A DNA stretch of 64,000 bases, taken from positions 79,546,001 to 79,610,000 of the forward strand of contig OZ024741.1 in NCBI GenBank assembly GCA_964016885.1. The letters are read 5' to 3'. Position 1 is the first letter of the stretch, and every line of letters begins with the position of its first letter. Both the position numbers and the translations under genes were made by a program. A model generated the notes under the pieces. That model had not been told where the DNA came from and did not search any database. It was given only the letters and a program-made list of their open reading frames with translations. Positions 14,345-26,073 of the stretch are shown piece by piece. The stretch is from Eledone cirrhosa. Lineage: Eukaryota.

Positions 14345-14482
14345 GATACAGCTGAGTAAACTAGAGCAATGTGAAATAAAGTATCTTTTTCAAGGACATA
14401 ACACATCATCAGGTCCGGGAATCAAACTCACAACCTCATGATTGCAAGCCCAACGCTCTAACCACTAAGTAATGTGCCTTTA
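14345..14482 (-). mobile_element. tRNA-derived SINE head with V/CORE-like core
   Basis: Minus strand has A box (TAGTGGTTAGAGCG), B-box-like GAGTTTGATTCC, then TGTCCTTGAAAAAGATACTTT; same family at 35930-36080 and 47575-47705. Confidence 0.7.
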
Positions 14483-15227
14483 CATATCAACAGATTAATG
14501 AGGTAATATATTCATGAAGCCAATGGAGCCTTTTGCTTGGTTGCTCAACTTTCTAGAAATAACCACAGTTTACACAACTTTTCATGTTGGCAATACACTT
14601 TTTAATAGTAAAATTTTTGTTAGTGACATGAAATTGACAAATTTGATAAACAAACAATTAAATATCATATCAGATGTCACCTGTCACATATCTATTTGTA
14701 CACAGTACACAGAGTTGACATATATATTAAATATACTTTACAGTCAAATATTTGTAAAACATTTTTTGACTTTGGCTTAATTTTGCATCAAAGCCATATA
14801 ATATCATCAGTTCAACCTTGCTAGAAGGGAAAACTGATGCTAAACGATGATGATAAGGATGGCAGTTTGGAAACCTGATATAAGCACACAAATTCTATAT
14901 ACATCCTTTCATTTGTTTCTTTCCTTATTTCTTCTTACTTTTGGATGATAGCCCCAAGATTACTGTGTTACTGTAGAATTTAGCTCTGGCTTTTAGGTTT
15001 GTAATATGCATATATATAACTCCTTCATTCATTCATTTGCTTATTCCCGCTTTGCTTAAACTATAGGCTAAATATTAACTTCCTCTAATATTTAACCCTG
15101 CTAATCCAAGCATTGAGTGCACCATGCCTCGGCTATTGGCATTTAGTATTCTGTATCGCACCTCTTTGTACCTCTCTGCTTCATCCTCTCTTACGATACT
15201 TAAATCCTATTATATATATCTATCTAT

Positions 15228-15422
15228 CTAAGGCGGGTAAAATTCCCGAGATCCATGGACGAGTTCTCTCCAGCGGTCTCTGTCCCTCATTATCGCTGCC
15301 ATGTCCTGCATCTCCAACAGACCAGTGTCTGTCCTTAGGGCATCAACATATGTTAACCTTGGTCTTCCTCTTCTAGTGTGTCCATGTAGGGGCTCCCAAA
15401 GGAGTACTGAGTGCAATGTCAA
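15228..15422 (-). mobile_element. Second short copy of the (TA)n-associated RTE family
   Basis: ~90% identical to 13680-13874 in opposite orientation; TA-rich flanks on both sides. Confidence 0.88.
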
Positions 15423-15560
15423 TTATATATATATATATACATTCAAACCAACACCACTGCAGTAACTACTCTCAGTATGACTGTACATTCTATCTTGAAT
15501 GACCTCCACCTCTCCTAAAACTAACACCCTCATTCTATCCAGCTTCACCAACCACCTTAC

Positions 15561-15727
15561 CACACTACTCTAGATCACCATCCAAAACCCTGACATACTA
15601 GTTATAGTCCTATAGTAGCTGCTATCAGCACAATATCTCCCACACTACTCTAGATCACCATCCAAAACTCTAACATACCAGTTATAGTCCTTTAGTAGCT
15701 GTTATCACCACAATACTTCCCACACTG
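15561..15727. repeat. 80-bp tandem duplication (2+ copies)
   Basis: CACACTACTCTAGATCACCATCCAAAAC starts at 15561 and 15641. Confidence 0.9.
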
Positions 15728-16574
15728 GAAGTCACCCCTTACCTCCCATTCACCACTCTTCCTCCAGACAGATCCTACAACCTCACCGCTGCTCATGGAG
15801 TAAAGAAGACTCTTCTCTTGGGTCAACAAGTCTCGTGCTGGTGCCATGAAAAATACACCCAATATGAGGTTGGCAATACGAAGGGCCTCCCACTGTAAAA
15901 ACCATGCCAAAAAAGTCAAGAGGATTTTTAGTTGCATCAAGGGCACAACGTCCTTTCTAGTGGTGGTGATCTACACTACATGATAAATGCAACCAGTACA
16001 CTCTTACACTCTCTAAACAGTTGGAAGAATTCTTCAGCCATGCTAAGGACATGACAACTTCTCTAGTGTTGGTTCATGATAAAATACACTCAGCAGTGGC
16101 TTCGGTTGATTACCGGTCTATGACAATATGTCCAACACTTGCTAGCAAGGAAAACAGATGTTAAACGATGATGATGATGCTATACATACATATATATATT
16201 TTTTATATATATATGTCTCAGGATGACCTCATCCCATTGGTTGAATAGGCAAAAGAATTTTTTAAAAATGAGAGTGTATGAATAATAATGCACCAAATCC
16301 GCTCATTAGGGTGGTAGTGCTAGTGCAACAATAAGATGCTCACAGTACACCCTGTAAAGTGGTCAGTGATAGGAAGGGTATCCGGCCATAGAAACCAAAC
16401 CAAAAACAATATATGAGCTAGACAGTCATAGCTTCAGTATCTGACAACCTGTTTAACCCATGTAAACCTAAAGAATAGCCATTAAGCAATGATGATTATG
16501 ATACACATACATGCATACATATATTTTGTATGGCTACAGCCCAGTAGATGAACCCACCAGAAGAGAAACTTATG

Positions 16575-16925
16575 TTGGTTCCATTCATTTTAAGCGAAAT
16601 TAATTTTTAGCAAAGTCCTTTTGAGTGAAACATTAAAAGCGAACGGTAATTTCAGCGAAGATCAATTTTAAGCGAAATATATACTGTCGTACAATTTTTT
16701 AGATTTTAAATGTTGTGAATTTTTAGTTCTTTTTACTATAAAAAGTGTTGATTTTTAACAATTTTTTTATTTACCTGTTGTGATGATATAATTATTTTTA
16801 CAAAAAAGAAATTGTAGATTTCTAGTATATTTTTATTTTTATCAACTTTGCTCAAAGCATCTTTAAAAGAACAGTCTGAGGTTTGCTCAAACTGACATTG
16901 CTCAATAGGCATCGCTCAACATGCA
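16575..16925. mobile_element. Probable non-autonomous DNA transposon remnant with inverted subterminal repeats
   Basis: Left side has repeated TTTTAAGCGAAA-like motifs, right side repeated TTGCTCAAA (the inverse), around an AT-rich centre. Confidence 0.45.
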
Positions 16926-18504
16926 CATAATTTTCACTTCACACAAACGACGAGACACGGCTTATTTTATACAGAAATTATACCCTTTACTAAACTCAGA
17001 TGTATGTACACATGTATTCATATACATATGTGGATGTGTGTAGATATTTTCTCCTACCATATAGTATTGAAACATTTCCTACATTTTCCCTCCATCCCTT
17101 TATCATCATCTGAACCTATTACTCTACCTATTGTAACAGTTATTGCTCTTACCATTCATATCATCCTCACTACCGCTGCAATTACTCTCATCATTATCCT
17201 CAATAAGGGTGTTTAAACATGGTGGTCACTCCACTAGTTAGAAATCAAACCCCACTGTCTCAAACAAGAAAGGGCACATTAGATAATGTAGTCCTAGATA
17301 CTTCTTAAGACTGGATATTCATGGTTGGGATACTTTTGATCAGAGGTTTACTCAACGGAGGTCTGACTTGGAGGAATAAGAACATCATTGACTCCCCCCT
17401 CTCCACAGCACCCCCACCACTAATGTCATTATCCCCTTCATTGTCATCATTGCCACCACCATCATTATTGTTATCCTCATCACCCCACCACCACTATTAT
17501 AGTGTTACATCTATTTCTCAGCTTTACCCACTTGCATTGCCTTTTGTTATCTATAGCTGAATACCTCTTACTTTCTACCTGCTGCTAATCACTCAACCAT
17601 GGAGTGGAGTAAAATTTGTTTTTAAGTACCAACCTGATGATTTGGAGCAATTAGTGTCAAATCTCTTGCAGAGGAGGGAGAGGAAAGAGAGAGACACATA
17701 CACATAACATGGTGACAGTATTAATATTTGAGACCCCCCTCCCCATTTGTGTCAATAAGACATGATACCTTGTGGAATCTGTGTGTGCGCATTCTGAATT
17801 CATATCCTGCTTCTTATCACAAATAAAATGGTGATATAAAACCTTATTGGAGGCTAGCTATACCTTTGTAGTTGTGTGTGCAATAGCAATAACATAATTG
17901 GAATGATTAGAGAATGACTGAAATCCTTAACCATTGGTGATGAAGAAAAATTGATGTTTCTACACAAGTAAGTTTACTGTTGCAAACAAAGTAAAGAATG
18001 GTTCTTATATTTCGAGATAAAATCCCTTCATCAAAAGAATAATTAACTAATCTTATGCTGCCATTCAAATTAAAAAATAGCAGCATAAGAGTGATACAAA
18101 ATAGTCAGTTGTGAATTAATTTCTTTAATTATTCTTTTGATGAAGGCATTTTATCCCAAAGTAAAGAATATTAATTTGTTGTAGAGTAAGATTTTCTTTT
18201 ATATTCTAACAAGATTAACTATTTGATCATTATTCAGAGATATTTCATGTGATCTGAAGATTGCAAGTTAGAACACAAAACTGAGTCATGACAGTAATGA
18301 AACAATAGTCAAACTTATATGTATATATATAAAAGGAGAAAGATCCTATTTTAACCATTTTAATATCAACCTGTTTGAAACCAATTCTGGTTTTATCATA
18401 CCATACTTATAATTTTAACAAGTTCATATCTAAATCAAAAACTTAAACCATAATTTTGTATAAGTTATGTTTCAAACACTAGCTTAATAATGAAAAAAGT
18501 TAAA

Positions 18505-18710
18505 AACTTTGTGCCCATTTATTCCTGAGACAGTCATGGTTCCAGAGTCTTTAAACACTCCTTCCAGTGGGTCCTATCAGAGGAAACTATTTTTAACTGA
18601 TCTGGCTGGGTCTCCAAGTGAGACCAACCAAGCTCATGGATGTTATCCAACCATCTTGCTCGGAGTCTACCCCTGGGTCTCCTACTGGTTAGTTTTGCCT
18701 GTAAAAACTT
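18505..18710 (-). mobile_element. 3' fragment of another RTE-like LINE family
   Basis: RRPRGRLRARWLDNI..DRTHWKECL; homologous to the plus-strand copy at 55770-56090. Confidence 0.8.
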
Positions 18711-19899
18711 AGTTATTTTTTTAAATCCCTTCAAATTCTTGATTATTTTCAAAGTTGAATGAAACACATACTGAATGTACTTCATTAAAAATATGGTCAT
18801 GAAAGTTGCATTCCTAGTAAATAAGAAAGTTACTTTGATTAAACATTTGCATATCTGAGAGGAGCTGTTATTACAGTAAACAAATTTTCAGACTGTTAAT
18901 CACTCTCATCTTTAGAGATGAAAAATGTATTATCTACATCTCATCATCCTGCAGCCATAGTTGAAATAGACTCAACAATAGATCTGACTCAACAATAGAT
19001 CGCCACAGACGTCTGTCACTCAATACATTGCCTAGATCCCAAACACAATACCAGAATCTCTGGTTATGACATCTGCACATGTGAACTTGCTACTTTGGCT
19101 TTTGACAGATGTTGGTTTCCAAAGCACCAAAGGAGACACATCTTCATTCGAGGTGCAATAGGAATGGTCTGCAAATTTCAACCATCTCTTTTGTATAATA
19201 AAAGAAATATGAAGGAGACGATCGTATGTTTCTCTAAGAGTCATATATTGCCTCCAGCTTATGTTTTGAGCTCACTGATGCAAGGATGTATATGTTCCAC
19301 CCCAATAAAGTAGGATTGGTTGTATAGACATATATGATATGTTTCAATCAGTATTGAACTCCGATTGTCATCAGGTTTCTCATTGCTGTAAGTGCAAATA
19401 GTACTAAAATGAATTCTAACACACCTTTATTTCAAAACTAAAGATAGCAACACTTTTATTCATTAGATTTCTGATGCCTGTACCATGTTCACATCCAGGA
19501 ATAAGATACCTGAGTTTAAAATTTTCATATTAAAACATTTTTATCTCTTAAGATGAGTTTAATAGTTAGAAAAGCCATAATCATATTCAGTAACTCAACA
19601 AACAAGTCGAGTGATTGAATAAAGAGTCCCTTTTTTAAATGTTATCAGTAAAAATAAGATAAAATGTTTAAGGTAGAAGTAAATTTTCTGTCATCAGAGA
19701 GAATTGCAGAAGAACCAAGCTTTTATAATAATACACTTAACTGTTAGAAGCAGATGTATACAATTGCAATAATTAATTGTGAGACAAATAGATTTGAAAA
19801 CATGGAAGAATCAAACCTGTCTCTCGTTAAAAGATGTTGTCGAATGAGTAACTTGTAAAGAGCATAGGTTTTTAATCCTTTTTTTTTATAGACTATAAT

Positions 19900-21330
19900 G
19901 TTTTATCCAAAGTAGGTTTCTGTGATAGAAGAAATAATTATAATAGAAATAGGTTTTGTGACATGAAATATTACTATGAAAGACAGAAAGCTTTGCAAGG
20001 AAGACCAGATTTTTGTTTTATGTCAGAATTTAGTTTCCATAACTTTAGTAAGAACTCTGACATAAGTATGTTAGTGCAACATTAAAGATAATTGTGACAT
20101 AAGTAGATTTGTGAAACAGCAGAGAGAACTATCTAGATTTGTGTAACTATTGGAAAAAACATGATATAAGCAGGTTTGTGTAAAAGCAGAAAGAAAAGTT
20201 GTGATGTAAGCAAGTTTGCATAATAATAGATAAAACAGATATTTAGAACTAGGAAAATTGTGTCAGAATTAAATTTTGGTGTAAACAAAAAAAGAAAAAT
20301 TGTAACAAATGTAAGTGTTGACAGGATGAAAAATTCAAACCAACTCTATGACAGCAGAGGGAATTGTAAACAGAAGTATATCTAAATGAAGAAAAAATTA
20401 CAATACAAGTAGATCTGTGTTATATAAATTAGATTTGTGACAAAATTTGATCTTTGAAACAATTAAGAGAATTATCACAGTAGCATTTTGTGTGACTGAA
20501 TTTGATATTTATATGAGTGGAGAAGATTATGTGAGAAGTGAATTTTGTGACACAAATGTTTTTAAGACAGTGAGATATAAGTATATTTGTGTGGCTGCAG
20601 GATGGAAGAGTTGTTATAGAATTTGAATTCTCTAAGTGGAGAAAAATTATGGTGGATGTATATTTTGTAAGGCATAATTTGATCTTTGTAACAAAGGAGA
20701 AGATTTTTGTGACATAAATGCTTTTAGGACAAAAACATTTGTGTAAAAAGTAGAAGAGTTGAACAATTTGGAGAATTATGATGGAAGCAGGATTTGTGAT
20801 AAAAATTGTTTCTTTCACAGCAGAAAGACATGACAAAAGTAAAAGAAAAATCATATCAGATCAGCAGTAGAGTGAAATGTAACAGAAGTAGAATTTGTGG
20901 TGGCACAAAGGATTGTAAAAAAAAATGAATGAAGTTTTAGGGTAAAGAAAAAGAATTGTATCAAATATGATATTTGATGGAAGAGATAAGATTTTCTTAC
21001 ATATTTTCTGTAACAGTAGACACAATAATAGGACATGCAATGACAAAATGTATTGTAATCGACATGTGTTTATGTGATAGCAGAGAGAAATGTGCTAACA
21101 AAGTAAAATGTAACAGCAGGGTGATTTGTGACAGTGAAAAGTTTGTATGACAACAGATAAAATTTTACACAGGTGTAGGATGTGTAACAGCAAAAATTAC
21201 CATGATAAATAGATTTATGTGATGACAGAACAAAATTTAATATGGCGAAATTTGTGACAACAGTACACAATTTACATAATACTAGGGCATGTAACAGCAG
21301 AAATTATTTTGACAGAAATAAATTTTAGCA
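19900..21330. repeat. Ancient degenerate tandem repeat (~40-bp unit), C-poor on the + strand
   Basis: Recurrent motif AATTGTGACATAAGTAGATTTGTG..CAGCAGA(A/G) at irregular ~40-bp spacing. Confidence 0.6.
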
Positions 21331-21349
21331 ATTTCTTTTGTTGGTTAGG

Positions 21350-21660
21350 TCTGGAGGAAAGGGTAATATCCATGGCTTTTGTAGACTCTTTCAAACAGGC
21401 GAGACTGGTGCTGTTAGTGTTTTGCTTAAACTGTTATAAGATAATAACTGTAGGCAAGCTAGCTGCATAGAAGGAATTCCAGAGGGCCAACATTCTGGAG
21501 AGGAAGGACTGGGCATAGTAGTTTGTGCAGAGCCTTGAGGATTAGACACAACACAGGTGATGAGAGGATAAATAATATATGAATCAAGGGTGCCTAAGTA
21601 GAGGTGGCATAAGACCAGAAAGTTCTAAAGAGCAGAGGCCAAAGGCAGTGGTACGACTGT
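21350..21660 (-). mobile_element. Decayed 3' end of a CR1/L2/Jockey-like LINE
   Basis: Minus strand reads TNYYAQSFLSRMLALWNSF..QFKQ, matching the SFFPRTxxLWNSLP..FK C-terminal motif. Confidence 0.6.
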
Positions 21661-24600
21661 GGTACAAAAGAAATGTGTGTGTCACAAGAGATAGAATTGG
21701 GACATAAATGGACATGCAGAATGCAAATTAGATGATGGTTTTTTTTCTTCTGTTTAGTGAGGGAGGGATAGGCAGATTAAATCTACCACCCAAAGCTTCT
21801 GAGACTGATAGAGAGAAGGAAGAATGTATACTCAAACCAGAGACTTGACTTGAATGCTTGCAAAAGTGTGAGCTCCACCCAAGAGCTCAATCCTGATATT
21901 AAACTGGGTGGCTGATTAAGTCCACCACCCAAGTAGGTCACAAGGAAATTTAAATAGAGTTGGAAGAAATACCAGAAGCCATCTTATCCAAAACTTTGAC
22001 AATCTCATTAGTTCACTGCCTTAGATTGGTACTTTATTTTATAAATCCTGGTACTTTATTTTATAAATCCTAAAAGGATGAAAAGCAAAGTTGACCCTAG
22101 TAGAATTTTAATTCAGAGCACAGAGAACCAGAACAAATACCACTAAACATTTTGATTTATGCTCTAATGACTCAAACAACAATTTGTGGCCCTCAGATAA
22201 CTACATCATATACTGCATAGCCTTTGGAATAATAGTTAAAGCCTCATGTGTTTTAAATAAATGAATTTTTGAAAAAGCAACTATATATCATAATTAACAC
22301 ATAGAGTGGAAGACTAGCAAAAAAAAGAAGTTTTATTGGTTCAGTGATTTGAATCTCCTGGTCATCAGGTAGTGAGGAAATTATAATATAGGAGGGGTTA
22401 TAGCAAGCCATGGCATTTACACCAATTATACCTACAGCCTCTTTAGTTCAATTCTCCATGGTGCTTCGCTGTCATCATTCTTGGTGAAATGGTGTATGTG
22501 TGTGTGCCTTACTGTTATATCTGGAGACAGGAATTCAATCTGGCCATGTGATGAATGACTGAAATGATCTCTCTAGAGTTCGCATGGCCCCAGCATCAGA
22601 CCAGGTTTTCATTTTTCCTAAATTGCAATTTGGGTGAATGCAGAATAACAATAATATTACTATAATAAAAATAATAATAATAAATATTATTATTATTATT
22701 ATTATTATTATCATCATCATCATCATTATAGCTTTCATGCTTTTGGGGTCAATAGAATAAAGTACCAGTGAAATCAGAGAGACAATTTAATTGCACATGT
22801 CTCTCCCCACAGATCTGTGGTTTTGTGTCTATGTTAGGAATTATTTTCATTATTATTAACTCCTCAATAATTTAAATGTTTTGAATTAGAGTTGGCTACT
22901 TAGCAAATAAAGAAGCCATCATCATCATCATTATCATAATCACCATCATTAACCATATTTGTTTTTGTTGTGATCAGATGTGGTTTTGCATTGCTTTCAG
23001 TATTTGGATTTTCAGTGGGTGAAACTTAATAGAAAATATCTAGTGGGAATTCTACATTAAAGCGGTAGAAAGCTATTCTTTGGATTTTCTTTTATTTGCA
23101 AAAGAAAAAATTATAAACAAGGCTACCTAATAGAGAAATGACCACCAAAACACAAACATAAAAACGGTACATATTTACGGATAATAAATAGAAAAAGAAA
23201 AACAAAATAAAACAGTAAACATTTTATATATGAGGAGGTGGTGAGTGTCACCAGAGACAGAATATATTCAGTTAAATACCTCTTTAATTTATAAAACAAG
23301 CTTTAAATGAGGAAGTCTGAAGAAGTGAAACCATCGTCATCATCATCATCATTTAATGTCCATCTTCCATGCTAGCATGGGTAGGACAATTAATTAATAA
23401 CAAATTCCCTAATATATTAGTAAACCAATCTGTAGAACAGTACATGAATGAATTTTCCCACCTAAAGACAACAGATGCACCACTCAGTAAAAATACACAA
23501 GCCATCTATATCATATACTACAAGAACCAAATGCACCCTAGTTATATAATAAATGAATACATCATAAAATAAATTCATAAAACAGAAGACACCTAACAAC
23601 AAATTTCAAGAATACATTACAAAAATACCAGAATGAAAAACTTGCTCATGAAAATAAAACCATGATCTAGCAAATCACAGAATGTACTTCTACTTCAGAC
23701 AACCAATGTAATAAAGAAATTTCAATATCAATATGAAAGTTCTAAACTTCATGGCTCAAACTTTTAGATTGGTCACAAAAGTACAATACTTTCTCACGCA
23801 TTTACGACAAGAATTAAAATTAAATATAAAAATGATAGTTAACAACACTACAATTCTACTTAGAATTCCACAAAAACAAAAGACTATTTATGGAGACTTT
23901 ATTTATAGCAAAATACAAGCCAAAAGTCAACACACAGAAAAAGTACACAGGATACTAGCTACAGAATCTACCAGGACACAACAAATGTTGATTTTATCAG
24001 TATTCCCATAATCCTTGTGACATACTGCAAAATGCATGATCATGCCATTATTACCATTATTTTATTATGATGATGAAGCTGTGAAAGCCATAAAATATTA
24101 ATTGACTTTTAGGAAAACTTTCGATCTAAACTAAGCATAAAGGTCTAAGAAAATATAAAAAATTTGATAAAAACACTGAATTCAAACACGGTTGTATGTG
24201 CATGTATATGTGTGTCCGTCACTTCCCACCTCTTATTTTTATGTAAGAATTGTTTGTCCCTCCAATATCCCTCACTCAATACTCTCTCTGCTTTACTTCT
24301 CTTTAATTTATCATTTGCTCTCTATGAAGATCTATTTTGCTTTTTCATCTCACCCTCTTTCTCTTTTTAAATTCCTTTTCCTTATAGATGCTTTTGACTG
24401 CTGCTGTCTACTTTCTCCTTAACTCTTACCAGGAATGCTCTATCGCTATGTATTTCTCTTTCCCTTCTTTTTATCTTCTCCTTCATACTCCCATAAAGTT
24501 TTCCAGTTTCTTTGGAACACAGTTTTATTTAAAAAGCAGAGGCAAAAACACTACCACCTTGTTGAGTTATGACACTTTATGTTAAAGGCAGTTTTATCCA

Positions 24601-25214
24601 CTTGATAAACTCAGTACCAGATTATAATAAATACAAGTGTTAATATAATAAATTGAAATACTATTGAATGTGATGCCACCAGCATGATTGCAGTTCAAAG
24701 ACTGAAACCAGTAAAAGAAAACATCTCATGGCATATTCTATTGTTGGGTCATCACAGGTTTCATTTGCATGTGTTACAAAGAGCCAATTGATGTGCTGGA
24801 GCTCAACCCATTTTCAGCTGTTGAAGATATCTCTTTAACCTTTTAATTACAATATTTCTAAATAAATACACCACCTATGTTTTTCAATTAATTTTGTAAA
24901 TAATCAACAATTTGAAGGGATTTAATAAAATAACCAGCCACATTATTGATCTGGTGTTTAGTGCATAGCTTAACAAAGATATTCTTCTATAACATTATTT
25001 TTTTCGTTTATATATGAATACTTTGAAACAAGAGGTTTGTCAAAGAATTGGGGCTGTTTGGGGAAGGCTGATATCAAAGGGGTTAATTGCTGTTACAAGG
25101 TATAAATGAAGCAAAACTTGTCAATAAGGAATAGAACCTGCATTGCTAGCTCAACTAATGGATATGTTATCTCAACTCTATGGTACATAATCATTATGAA
25201 AATATAATTGTTTC

Positions 25215-25395
25215 TATTTTAGGCACAAGGCCAGCAATTAACCAGAACATTACTGGTACTTTATTTTATCGACCCCGTAAGGATGAAAGGCAAAGTTAAC
25301 CTCGGCGGGATTTGAACTCAGACTGTAAAGGGACGTAACTATGCTAGAAAGCATGGCGTCCAACCCTCTACCGATACTGTCAATTCACCGCCAAT
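25215..25395 (-). mobile_element. tRNA-derived SINE (Meta-domain-like core), young copy
   Basis: Close reverse complement of 34416-34598 with CpGs retained. Confidence 0.85.
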
Positions 25396-25789
25396 TATGA
25401 AAATATAATGGCAATTTTTACCATGACCCTATCAAATGTTAGGACACTGTTAAATAACTTTGAGCTATCCTGAAGTGCTTCAAAAGATTTAAACTCAGAA
25501 TGTAAAAGACAGCAACTGAATAACACAAGGCATTTTGATTCATACCCTAATAATTCTACTAATCCACACCATAATAATAATAATTTCTAACATAGACACA
25601 AGATCAAAAATTTGGAGAGAAGAGGATAGTAGATTAATTCTATTCCAGTATATGTTTGGTACTTATTTTATCAACATCAGAAAAATGAAGGGCAAAGTTG
25701 ATCTCAGTGGGATTTGGATGCAAAACATAAAGCACTGTAATTAAACACCACAAGGTATTTTGCCTGATACTCTGTAATCCACAATACTT

Positions 25790-25822
<33 letters not shown>

Positions 25823-26073
25823 TTTTCTTTATTAACCACAAGGGTTTACATAAAGTAGACATTAAGGACAGTGCAGGACAATACAGGACGGTACAAATAG
25901 GCATTTCTGCGTGTAAAAAACAAAAACAGAGGATGTAACAAAAAATAACAATGAAAAATTCCCCAATGGGGGGGGGGGAGACTTCCGAGGGACATTTGTG
26001 GAGAAAGCCCTAAAAGGCCACAGTGACCCTGACCACCAAGGCATGTGCCCTCTCCCAATTTTCCACCTTTAAT

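Noticed and set aside
19032-19244. Possible extra exon containing DHSY (HCF-1-binding-like motif)
   Set aside because: Weak acceptor; the DHSY frame is phase 1, incompatible with the phase-0 neighbours, and ends in a stop; no supporting homology.
19900-21330. Possible decayed C2H2 zinc-finger array
   Set aside because: No 84-bp period and no HTGEKP linker visible on either strand.
23317-23340. CTGAAGA-AGT-GAAAC-CATC-GTC hammerhead-like string
   Set aside because: No stem I or II; the GTC comes from an adjacent reversed RTE (GAT)n tail.
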